Shown in pieces: positions 1 through 10,962 of a stretch of 64,000 nt of DNA. The notes under the pieces are model-generated. The model had not been told where the DNA came from, searched no databases, and worked only from the letters and a program-made list of their open reading frames with translations. A program made the translations under genes and the position numbers. Within the stretch, counting starts at the first letter, position 1. Every line of letters starts with the position of its first letter. This DNA comes from an uncultured bacterium (GTDB taxonomy: Bacteria > Patescibacteriota > Saccharimonadia > UBA4664), in assembly GCA_963720265.1 (NCBI GenBank), contig CAVRET010000002.1:71602-135601 (forward strand), in the 5' to 3' direction.

Positions 1-370
1 TGTTGTCAGTGTTGCCAATCTCGGTGTCACTGCTGTTAGCGTTGGCCACATTACCCGAGCCGTTGCTGCCGTCGGTTGAGCAACCGCAGTCCGAACCGTC
101 GCCGCCGACGTTGGTGTTCTTGCTGGCGGTCACGTTACCCGAACCAGCCGCCTGCTCGTTGAGGTTGCCAACTTGGGTGTCGTTCAGGTTGAACGACTGT
201 GAGCTGAGACTGTTGTTCAGCTTCACCTGGTTGTTCGAGTCAGCACCAGTGCCGCCGAAGCCGCCGGTGCCCGAGCCACCGATGTTAACACTACTGGCAG
301 CGGCAAAACCGGCCAGGCTCACGCTAGCCAAACCGATGGCTGCGTAACGAAGTACAGATGTCTTTGTCAT
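1..370 (-). CDS. Secreted Asn/Gly/Ser-rich repeat protein (runs off window start; absent from ORF track)
   Basis: ATG at 370 preceded by GAAAGGA. Manual translation: MTKTSVLRYAAIGLASVSLAGFAAASSVNIGGSGTGGFGGTGADSNNQVKLNN...QAAGSGNVTASKNTNVGG...CGC...SGNVANAN. Signal peptide plus the same repeat as 952-1617 and 47716-48570. Confidence 0.85.
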   Translation of the reverse strand, partial: MTKTSVLRYAAIGLASVSLAGFAAASSVNIGGSGTGGFGGTGADSNNQVKLNNSLSSQSFNLNDTQVGNLNEQAAGSGNVTASKNTNVGGDGSDCGCSTDGSNGSGNVANANSSDTEIGNTDN

Positions 371-433
371 CTGAGATCCTTTCGTTTAAGTTAGTTTATT
401 GTTTCTTTAGTACCGGGCCCGTAGGCCCGCCCT

Positions 434-949
434 TCAGTCCGACGACGACTCGTTGGTTGTTGAGCTGGTGCTAAAGACACTGGTACTAGAGAAGCTGCTT
501 GAGCTTCCATGGGTGTTCTGGCTGTTGCCATCCACCTGGGTCGAACTCCAACTATTTCCAGAATTATCAGCATTGTTGGAGTTCACATTCACATTCACGT
601 TGCGATTCCCGCCGGAATTGCTGTTGGCCGATCCATCCGAGGTCGAAACCGTGGTATCGTCGCCCGATACATCGAGCCGGCCACCACCGGGCAGATCAAC
701 ACTCGCCGAACCATCCTTCCCTATTGGGACTTGCTGGCCGTTAACATTCACACTAGTCGTAGTCTTAGTCCCTGGGGTCGCCTGGGGCGATTGCAACGGA
801 GATGGCGAAGTCGTTGCCACAGTTGACTCAGGAGCGCCGCCTTGGTCCGCCACTGCTACGGCCACCAGGCCAAGCGCCAGCGGTACTACCGGCAACAGCC
901 TCTGCAGAGTCCGTGGAATGTGAAGTTTCTGTAATCTCACCTCTCTCAT
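434..949 (-). CDS. Secreted or membrane-anchored Ser/Asn/Thr-rich protein
   Basis: Start reassigned to ATG 949 (AGGAGG upstream, just after the stop of the preceding gene). N-terminal hydrophobic segment, then low-complexity S/N/T/V sequence (NVNVNVNSN). Confidence 0.75.
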   Translation of the reverse strand: MREVRLQKLHIPRTLQRLLPVVPLALGLVAVAVADQGGAPESTVATTSPSPLQSPQATPGTKTTTSVNVNGQQVPIGKDGSASVDLPGGGRLDVSGDDTTVSTSDGSANSNSGGNRNVNVNVNSNNADNSGNSWSSTQVDGNSQNTHGSSSSFSSTSVFSTSSTTNESSSD

Positions 950-951
950 AG

Positions 952-2706
952 CTATACCCTCCTTTCGTTGCGGCGACCGTAAAGTGCGCTGCCCAAACCA
1001 CCGAGCAAACTTAGCAACGCCGCCACGCCGAGCATCCCGGTAGACAGGCCGTTTGTCGCCTTCACCAATGACGCGGTTGGGGCTGCACTCGGCGCTTGCC
1101 AAGCCGCCCGCAAAGCCGACACATCAACCGGCACAAGTGCACCGGTTACCGGCAAAATCGCCGGCGCCACTGTAGCGGCACCCAGCACACTGCCGGAACC
1201 CACACCGCCGACCGGCTTGGTTACGCCGCTCACGGTCTTGCAACCGCAGTTAGCGCCACCCTGGCCCGACGCAGTGGCACTCGGTACCACAACGCTTGGC
1301 GCCTGGTTGCTGGTGTTAATCTGCGTCGTTGTGCCGTTATTGTTAGCCGCGTTGCCCGAGCCGGTACCACCAACGTTGGTGTTCTTACTGGCCGATACGT
1401 CACCGCTAACAGCTACCTGCGTATTGCCGTTCGAGACGCTCGTCACATTGAGATTCGTGTTCGAGTAATCGACCGTGTTCTCAACCTTGATCGCCTGCGT
1501 CGAGTCGGCGCCGGTGTCAGTAATGACCGCATTTGAGTCGGCCAAAGCCGAACCGGCCAACACGAGTGCCAGACTGCACGAAGCCGTCGTCACGCCCAAG
1601 ATTCGCATGGACTTCATCGCATATCCTCCTTTCTTCAAAGCATTGGGGACCATTCCTACGACCATAAAAATTGGGTTATGTGGTTGCGGCGGCAACTCTA
1701 CATAACCCAACAAAAATGGTGTAGCAATTGAAGGAGAACCCTGGCTGGTTGGCGTATCACTGCGTGCTGCCGTGGCAAACCCACCCCGGCGCAACCAGAG
1801 CCCGTAAGAAGATACGAAGATGTCGAACAAAAGCACGGCCAGAGCAGTCAAGCCGGCAGCCACTGCCGGGCGCGGGATGATAGTTGTGTGCAGGACGAGC
1901 GGTTGAGGAACGGTAATCGCTGCTAGCTCAGCCGTCAGTCCTCCCAGCATGCCGTTGGACTTCGCCGGTGTCGGCGCACGAGCTGGTCCCGGAGCCGATG
2001 GTGCGGCCGGTGCCAGATCCTCAGTAAACGGCAAACGGTTGGTAATCGTCGGCTGAATTGGCAAGATCGTAGTTTGAAAGACCTCGGGCGCAGGTACAGT
2101 CTGGCCCTGACTCTGCGCCACAGGAGTCTTCACGGCGACCTCCGGAATCGCAGTCTGAGCAGAAGTAAGTTGCGGATCCGTAGTAGTAGCGTTTGAAACC
2201 GCCGATGCCGTCGCTGGAGTAGTAGTATCGCTGCTCGCAGGCTGAGTGGAGGTGGAAGTCGCTGCCGGGCTAGAAGCCGACGCCTCGCTCGTTGTGACAG
2301 GCTGAACTGCCGGTTTGTTAGTAACACCACCGGAAATAGCGCTGTTGGTATCAGTCTTACTGGAAGTTGTGGTTGTTAGCGTGCTATCGCTAGTTTGCCC
2401 ACCGGCTGACTCCGTCGGTGCAGCTGTTCCAGATGCGCCGACAGTACTGGGGTTGGAACCACTATTGTCGGCCGCAGCCGTCCCGGTTGAGTCCGAGTTT
2501 GCGGAATCAGCGGGGTCGACCGAGCTAGTAGTAACTTGATCGTTCGTCTGATGACGCACCACAGTCTGAGTTGTAGAGGTAGTTTGAGAAGTCGTGCCCA
2601 AACTGCTGCTCTCAGCAGCCAGCGCACTGCCACTCAAAACCACCACGGCTCCACCACTGGCGGCCGCCACTCCAATCGCAAATTGCACGAACCGAACCAA
2701 TCTCAT
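952..2706 (-). CDS. Ser/Thr/Pro-rich surface protein fused in frame to an Asn-rich repeat protein with LPVTG, TM segment and basic tail; internal start at 1617
   Basis: Signal peptide at ATG 2706. Internal AAGGAGG-N7-ATG at 1617 followed by a second signal peptide. C-terminal LPVTG...TM...RRNERRV. Confidence 0.75.
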   Translation of the reverse strand: MRLVRFVQFAIGVAAASGGAVVVLSGSALAAESSSLGTTSQTTSTTQTVVRHQTNDQVTTSSVDPADSANSDSTGTAAADNSGSNPSTVGASGTAAPTESAGGQTSDSTLTTTTSSKTDTNSAISGGVTNKPAVQPVTTSEASASSPAATSTSTQPASSDTTTPATASAVSNATTTDPQLTSAQTAIPEVAVKTPVAQSQGQTVPAPEVFQTTILPIQPTITNRLPFTEDLAPAAPSAPGPARAPTPAKSNGMLGGLTAELAAITVPQPLVLHTTIIPRPAVAAGLTALAVLLFDIFVSSYGLWLRRGGFATAARSDTPTSQGSPSIATPFLLGYVELPPQPHNPIFMVVGMVPNALKKGGYAMKSMRILGVTTASCSLALVLAGSALADSNAVITDTGADSTQAIKVENTVDYSNTNLNVTSVSNGNTQVAVSGDVSASKNTNVGGTGSGNAANNNGTTTQINTSNQAPSVVVPSATASGQGGANCGCKTVSGVTKPVGGVGSGSVLGAATVAPAILPVTGALVPVDVSALRAAWQAPSAAPTASLVKATNGLSTGMLGVAALLSLLGGLGSALYGRRNERRV

Positions 2707-2890
2707 TGCACCCCTCACGGAATCGGCAGTTAGTGTAAATTTTTTAGGACAAGCCCCAACCGCGTAAATGCACAGGCTTATCGAGAGAACAGATATAACT
2801 GTATCTGCACACTCTATACGGCAACATTGGACATTTTGCTAAAAGAAGCGTCGATTTTTTCAAGATTTACTGTAAGTTCGCACAACAGAG

Positions 2891-5416
2891 CTATTGGCCT
2901 TCGGTCGCAACGTCCACCTCAGGCTCGCCCACGAGCGCTACCGAAGCAACCTTGTCTCCTTCAGCCATCCGCATAATGCGCACACCTTGGGTCGCACGAC
3001 CAATAAGTGAAATGTTGGCCAGCGCCACCCGAATAACCTGACCCTGCGTAGACACCACCACAACCTCATCACTATCATTACCAATCGCGCGGACATCAAC
3101 TGTCTTACCGGTCTTGCCGGTGACGACCCCGGCCTTAATGCCGACGCCCCCTCGCGCATGGGTCGCAAACTGGTCTACCTTGGTACGCTTGCCATAGCCG
3201 TTCTGCATCACTACCAGCATTTCCATGCCAGCCCGCACAATGTCCATGCCTACCACCTCGTCACCGCTGCGTAATCGGATCCCACGCACGCCCCGGGTCG
3301 CCCGCCCCATCGGCCGCACCTCGCTCTCCTTAAACCGAATCGCCTGCGCCAGCGCGGTCGAAATAATAATCTCGTCCTTCCCGCCGGTGAGCTTCACCCA
3401 TTTAAGCTCGTCACCAGAATCGAGCTTAATCGCAATCAAACCGTTTGCACGTACGTTAGCGTAGTCAGCCAACGGCGTCTTCTTCACCGTCCCCAGTTTG
3501 GTTGTCATAAACAGATACGACTGATCGCTCTTGGCATCAAACGTAACGAGCGATGTCACCCGTTCGCCCTGGCCCAGCTGCAACAAGTTCACTACCGCCT
3601 GTCCCTTGGCCGTCCTGGACGCCGCCGGTACCTCGTATACCTTCAAACGGAACACCCGCCCCTTATTGGTGAAGAACAGCATAAAGTCGTGGTTTTGAGT
3701 CAGCACCAAGTGCTCCACCACGTCTTCTTCTTTCGTGGTCATGCCCATAATGCCTTTGCCGCCTCTGCCCTGACTCTTGTAGGTATTGGCCGGGATACGC
3801 TTAATGTAATTGCCGCTCGTGAGCGTCACTATCACCTGCTCATTCGGCACCAGCTCTTCCTCGCTGAATTTACCCAGCTCAGAGCCCACAATCTCAGTCC
3901 GGCGCTCGTCACCATACTTTGCCTTCAGTTCTTCCAATTCCTCGCGAATCACCCGCAAAATCTCAGACTCGCTAGACAGAATCTTTTCGAGCTCAGCAAT
4001 CAATTTTACAAGCTCGACCAACTCATCTTCGATCTTTTTACGTTCAAGACCTGCCAAAGTCCGAAGCTGCATGGCCAAAATCGCCCGCGCTTGAATTTCG
4101 CTTAAGGTGAACGCTTCGATCAGGTTCAGACGAGCCTCGTCAGTCGTTTGGCTGGCCCGAATCGTCTTAATCACCTCATCAATATGGTCAAGCGCAATTT
4201 TCAGGCCTTCCAGCACATGCGCTCGCTCCTTGGCTTTTCTAAGCTCAAATTCGGTCCGCCGCCGTACCACTACCTGCCGGTGCTTGAGGTATTCATGCAA
4301 CATCATTTCAAGATTAAGCACGCGCGGCTGCCGCCCGTTATCAACCAGCGCCAGCATGTTAACGTGGAATGCTGACTGCAACGGTGTCATCTTAAACAGC
4401 TGATTCAAAATCTTATTCGGATATGAATCTTTCTTCAGATCGATCACAATTTTTACACCACCGTCGCGGCTCGAGCTTTCATCACGCAGGTCGGCAATGC
4501 CCATCACCCGCTTGTCGTGCACCAGTTCAGCAATCTTCTCCACTAGGGTCGCCTTATTCACGGCATAGGGAATCTCTGTGACCACAATCTGTTCGCGACC
4601 CTTCTTGTCTTCCATGATCTCAGCCCGCGCCCGCACCACGATGCTACCGCGACCCGTACCATAGGCTTGCCGGATCGAATCCCGGCCATAAATCACCCCG
4701 CCGGTTGGGAAATCAGGTCCCTTTACATGTTTCATCAAATCATCCAGGGTCGCCTGCGGGTTATCAATGAGCTCAACGATTGCATCAGCAATCTCGGTCA
4801 AATTGTGCGGTGGAATGTTGGTCGCCATGCCGACCGCAATCCCAACCTGGCCATTTAACAGCAAATTCGGTAATTTGGCCGGCAATACCACGGGCTCACG
4901 CTTCGATCCGTCGTAATTTGGCCTAAAATCAACCGTGTCTTTCTCAATGTCGTTCAACAGCTCCTCGGTAATCGTCTGCATCCGGGCCTCGGTATAACGC
5001 ATAGCCGCCGGCGGGTCGCCGTCGAGCGAACCAAAGTTCCCTTGCCCGTCGACGAGCGGATACCGATACGAAAAATCCTGTGCTAGTCGGGCCATGGCGT
5101 CATAAATGGCAGCGTCCCCATGCGGGTGAAAATTACCCATCACATCACCAACCACCGACGCACTCTTGCGATACCTGGCTGTATGCCTGAGACCTTGCGA
5201 ATTCATGACATGGAGAATGCGCCGATGCACCGGCTTGAGCCCATCGCGCACGTCCGGCAGCGCCCGCGCCACAATCACGCTCATGGCATAGGCCAGATAG
5301 CTCGTTTCCATCTCATGCTCAAGCTTTTGCAGCCGCACCGTACCAATGTCGGTCTTAACCTGCTCAGGTTCCTCAGCCGGATTCTCTAACTCGTTCAGTT
5401 CCTTATCGTCGTCCAT
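2891..5416 (-). CDS. gyrA: DNA gyrase subunit A
   Basis: [29 protein letters not shown] (catalytic Tyr), GyrA-box QGRGGKG, C-terminal beta-pinwheel repeats. Confidence 0.98.
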   Translation of the reverse strand: MDDDKELNELENPAEEPEQVKTDIGTVRLQKLEHEMETSYLAYAMSVIVARALPDVRDGLKPVHRRILHVMNSQGLRHTARYRKSASVVGDVMGNFHPHGDAAIYDAMARLAQDFSYRYPLVDGQGNFGSLDGDPPAAMRYTEARMQTITEELLNDIEKDTVDFRPNYDGSKREPVVLPAKLPNLLLNGQVGIAVGMATNIPPHNLTEIADAIVELIDNPQATLDDLMKHVKGPDFPTGGVIYGRDSIRQAYGTGRGSIVVRARAEIMEDKKGREQIVVTEIPYAVNKATLVEKIAELVHDKRVMGIADLRDESSSRDGGVKIVIDLKKDSYPNKILNQLFKMTPLQSAFHVNMLALVDNGRQPRVLNLEMMLHEYLKHRQVVVRRRTEFELRKAKERAHVLEGLKIALDHIDEVIKTIRASQTTDEARLNLIEAFTLSEIQARAILAMQLRTLAGLERKKIEDELVELVKLIAELEKILSSESEILRVIREELEELKAKYGDERRTEIVGSELGKFSEEELVPNEQVIVTLTSGNYIKRIPANTYKSQGRGGKGIMGMTTKEEDVVEHLVLTQNHDFMLFFTNKGRVFRLKVYEVPAASRTAKGQAVVNLLQLGQGERVTSLVTFDAKSDQSYLFMTTKLGTVKKTPLADYANVRANGLIAIKLDSGDELKWVKLTGGKDEIIISTALAQAIRFKESEVRPMGRATRGVRGIRLRSGDEVVGMDIVRAGMEMLVVMQNGYGKRTKVDQFATHARGGVGIKAGVVTGKTGKTVDVRAIGNDSDEVVVVSTQGQVIRVALANISLIGRATQGVRIMRMAEGDKVASVALVGEPEVDVATEGQ

Positions 5417-5425
5417 CTTGGGTCC

Positions 5426-7525
<2,100 letters not shown>

Positions 7526-7662
7526 CTAAATCTCGTCCCATACTCATATTCATTAACAAAAACAAAAAGCTGATTGGCTTCGGCTTCACATACCATTATA
7601 CCGCTCTCGGCTACCTCGAGCAACGTATCTATTATACCAAACAAAAAGCGTAAACGAACTAC

Positions 7663-7691
7663 TTGACAATTAATCAATAAATGATTATAAT
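7663..7691 (+). promoter_or_regulatory. Consensus sigma70 promoter TTGACA-N17-TATAAT
   Basis: Perfect -35 (7663-7668) and -10 (7686-7691) upstream of the 7746 gene. Confidence 0.8.
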
Positions 7692-7745
7692 CATGCAACT
7701 CGTCAGCCCACTAGCCAAATCTCCCTAGGAGTGTGAACTGCACAC

Positions 7746-8036
7746 ATGACGAATGTTAACGCAGACCAGCTGGAGGCAGCTCAGCGCTCGCTCGACATCG
7801 ATCGAGCTGCGACTGAACAACTGGGCAGCCATCAGGCCGTTACGCTGATTCTGCTCGTGATAGCAGTGGGCGTTATGGGCTTCCAAAACATCTGGCTCCA
7901 GGCCGTCCATTGGCTGGCCATTACAGCCTGCCTCGTATCAGCAATCGTCCAGCTAATACGCGGCCGACGGTTGCGTCGAGGAATGCCCATGTCGGCCGCG
8001 GCTGCGCAGGACTTGATCGAAGCCGCCCGTGAGTGA
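7746..8036 (+). CDS. Small two-TM hypothetical membrane protein
   Basis: ATG with AGGAG upstream, two hydrophobic stretches, strong promoter. Confidence 0.7.
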   Translation: MTNVNADQLEAAQRSLDIDRAATEQLGSHQAVTLILLVIAVGVMGFQNIWLQAVHWLAITACLVSAIVQLIRGRRLRRGMPMSAAAAQDLIEAARE

Positions 8037-8152
8037 TGCGGTTTCACCGCGGGCACCCAAGCGGCGGTCGGTCGGGCATTAACGCTCTTCCGGCCGCCGC
8101 CTCGCATTTGAGCCGCTTTATTGCCCGCCGGTGATGTTGTATTATAACGCTA

Positions 8153-9682
8153 ATGTTTGAGAAAATTGTCTCGAAACTGTCGCTCTCGCCGTCGGCCGCC
8201 TCTGACCTGGCATTTTATGCGCGTCGGCTCAAGGCCGAGAGCGTTACGCGCACCTTTAGTGCCATTGCCGCCGTGCTTATTGTTGGACTGCAATTCGCAG
8301 TCATCACGGCCCCACCCACAGCTTCCAACGCCGCTTCGCCCAACGACATTATTTATGGAGGCATTGTCTCCAAAAATGATCTTCTTAACCATTACGACGA
8401 TAGCTCTGAGCTCAAAGCGCTTTACAACTACTTCGGCATTTCGCGCCAAGATATCGTCAACAGCAAAGTCACAACCATTAATTCTACAGACCACAGCTTA
8501 AAGTCGATCGGCCGCCTGCAGCACTTGTCCAGCGATCAAAAGCTCACCATTGGCGGTAACACCTACTGGTCACGCGGGCTCTACACCTGGGACACCGGTG
8601 CTAATGTCACACGCGGCTCCACCTACCAGGTACTCGAAGGCACCCGTTCCAAGGACGGTGGTTTCTTCGCGGTTATGTTTACCTGCGGCAACATCGTCTA
8701 CAAAACCATCCCGGCCCAACCGGCTCCACCGCCTCCGCCCAAGCCACCGACGCCTCCGCCCACGCCCGTGCCAACCAAGGCCGCGGTGGCCTGCAGCGAG
8801 CTCATTGGCAACGACACCACGGGCGAAACCGGTGGCCAAGCTCCGTTTACCGTCAACTATACCGGCATCGGCAGCGCCAGCGGCCAGACCATTACCGGCT
8901 ATGAGTTCGACTTTGGCGACAACGCCACGACAACACTACCCACCGGCCAAACCTCGCATACATATAATGCAGTGGGCACGTGGCTGGCCACGCTCCGCAT
9001 CCAAGGCTCAACCGGCACACTCTCAAGCATTCCCACGCTCTGCACCTTTAAGGTCAATGTTACGGCCCCGCCGGTCAGCTTCGCCCTCTCCAAGTCGGCC
9101 CTCAACTTGACCCAAAACATCGACGCCACCACTGCTCCCGCCAAGCCCGGCGATGTCATCCGCTACATTCTTGAGACCAAAAACACTGGCCAAATCGCGA
9201 GCAACTACACCGTCGTTGAGCACCTCGATTACGTTCTCCAATACGCCGACCTCACCGACGCCGGCGGCGGCACGCTCAACAATAATGTCATGACCTGGCC
9301 GGCCGCCGTCATTCAGCCCGGTGCCGTCCTCTCCGAGTCGTTCGAGGTAACGGTCAAAAACCCGATTCCAGACACACCCGTCGGCGTATCTGACCCGGCC
9401 AGTTACGACCTCACTATGAACAATGTCTATGGCAACGCGGTAAACGTCGCCGTCCAGCCGCCGATCCCGAAGCAAATCGAGGCCGCCTCGACCCAGCTGC
9501 CAGACACCGGTGCGGCCAGCAGCACATTAATAGTATTGATTGTGGCAGCGCTCACTCTCTTCTTCTACCTCCGCAACCGCCAGCTCATAACCGAAATCCG
9601 GCTCCTGCGCGGCGAACGCGGCGAATACCACGGACCGCACCACACCGGCGGACATCACCAAGGAGGTCAGCATCATGCCTGA
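8153..9682 (+). CDS. LPxTG-anchored surface protein (PKD-like and DUF11-like domains)
   Basis: Pro-rich linker, PKD-like 'YEFDFGD..HTY', DUF11-like 'AKPGDVIRY', then LPDTG + TM + RNR. Confidence 0.8.
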   Translation: MFEKIVSKLSLSPSAASDLAFYARRLKAESVTRTFSAIAAVLIVGLQFAVITAPPTASNAASPNDIIYGGIVSKNDLLNHYDDSSELKALYNYFGISRQDIVNSKVTTINSTDHSLKSIGRLQHLSSDQKLTIGGNTYWSRGLYTWDTGANVTRGSTYQVLEGTRSKDGGFFAVMFTCGNIVYKTIPAQPAPPPPPKPPTPPPTPVPTKAAVACSELIGNDTTGETGGQAPFTVNYTGIGSASGQTITGYEFDFGDNATTTLPTGQTSHTYNAVGTWLATLRIQGSTGTLSSIPTLCTFKVNVTAPPVSFALSKSALNLTQNIDATTAPAKPGDVIRYILETKNTGQIASNYTVVEHLDYVLQYADLTDAGGGTLNNNVMTWPAAVIQPGAVLSESFEVTVKNPIPDTPVGVSDPASYDLTMNNVYGNAVNVAVQPPIPKQIEAASTQLPDTGAASSTLIVLIVAALTLFFYLRNRQLITEIRLLRGERGEYHGPHHTGGHHQGGQHHA

Positions 9683-10262
9683 GCACGCACCCCAGCACTC
9701 TGAACACGGCGAGCATCACAAAGATACTGCTGAACTAAACTCATCCGAACAACTCGAACATGCCCAACGGCACGTCGAGGCAATGGCCAAATCCGGCGAA
9801 ACCGACTCGGCCGACCGCCGCGCTGAGCAAGCCCGCGAAATCATTCACAAGCGCGAACACGGGCCCGAACCTTCGCCCGCACCGGCCGCCGAATCCGAGC
9901 AGTCCCACGCCCGCCCATCGTTTACCCACCTCCTCAACCCCAAACTAAATTACACCGAGACCTTGGCCAGCATTCAGCACCGCCTCACTCCTATGAGCCG
10001 CTCATTTAGTAAGGTTATCCATGCCCCGGCAATCGAGAAAACCAGCGAGGCGCTCGAAAAAACGGTGGCCCGCCCATCGGTCACGGCCGGTGCCACCTGG
10101 ACCGCGCTCATCATTGGCTCCATCTTCTACTTCACGGCCCGGCGCTATGGGTATACGCTTTCCGGCTCCGAAATTGAACTCTCATTTGTTATCGGCGCCG
10201 TATTCGGCCTGTTCATCGAGTGGCTCTGGCGCACCTTCATCCGCCGGCCCCGCCACCACTGA
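9675..10262 (+). CDS. Hypothetical membrane protein (two C-terminal TMs)
   Basis: AAGGAGG SD, overlaps upstream stop, hydrophobic C-terminus. Confidence 0.75.
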   Translation: MPEHAPQHSEHGEHHKDTAELNSSEQLEHAQRHVEAMAKSGETDSADRRAEQAREIIHKREHGPEPSPAPAAESEQSHARPSFTHLLNPKLNYTETLASIQHRLTPMSRSFSKVIHAPAIEKTSEALEKTVARPSVTAGATWTALIIGSIFYFTARRYGYTLSGSEIELSFVIGAVFGLFIEWLWRTFIRRPRHH

Positions 10263-10298
10263 TAGCTTTCTTAAGCCAAATATGCTATAGTTGGCGGC

Positions 10299-10955
10299 AT
10301 GCCAAAAACAAAGCTCATCTTTTTTGATCTCGACGGCACCCTGATTGACGGCTACGAGTATATCTACTCCCATCTTTGGGACTATTTCGGCATCGACCGA
10401 ATACAGCCTCGCGCCGTCTTGCACCGCTACCTGCGGCAAGAAATCAGTTACGACGACTGGGTTGCCAATGACGTCCGTCTGCTCCAAACCGCCGGTGCGA
10501 CGAAAGCGAAGATACTCGAGGCTATCGCAACACTCACGCCCATGGCCGGCGCACGCACCGTGCTACCTCAGCTCAAAGCCAGGGGTCATAAGCTGTTCAT
10601 ACTGTCTGGTAGCATCGATCTGGTCCTCGAGGCAATGTATCCAGATTATCAAAGCCTTTTCGATAATGTTTTTATTAACCGATATGTATTTAACGAAGAT
10701 GGGCTCATTCAACATGCAATCCCAACGAAGTACGACATGGAGCGCAAGGCAGCCTGCATCATCGATACCGCCGCAGGCTACGGCATGACACTAGCTGACT
10801 GTATCTTTATCGGAGACAACGTCAACGATGTAAACGCAGCCCTCGTCGCTGGAACCTCGATCGCTTTTAACGCTAAATCCCACGAGCTCGTCCAAGTTGC
10901 CACACACCACGTTGACTCAAACGATCTGCGTGATCTTTTGCCACTAATACCGTAG
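10299..10955 (+). CDS. HAD-family phosphatase (SerB-like)
   Basis: FDLDGTL motif I, LSGS motif II, GDNVND motif IV. Confidence 0.9.
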   Translation: MPKTKLIFFDLDGTLIDGYEYIYSHLWDYFGIDRIQPRAVLHRYLRQEISYDDWVANDVRLLQTAGATKAKILEAIATLTPMAGARTVLPQLKARGHKLFILSGSIDLVLEAMYPDYQSLFDNVFINRYVFNEDGLIQHAIPTKYDMERKAACIIDTAAGYGMTLADCIFIGDNVNDVNAALVAGTSIAFNAKSHELVQVATHHVDSNDLRDLLPLIP

Positions 10956-10962
10956 CAGTTCC

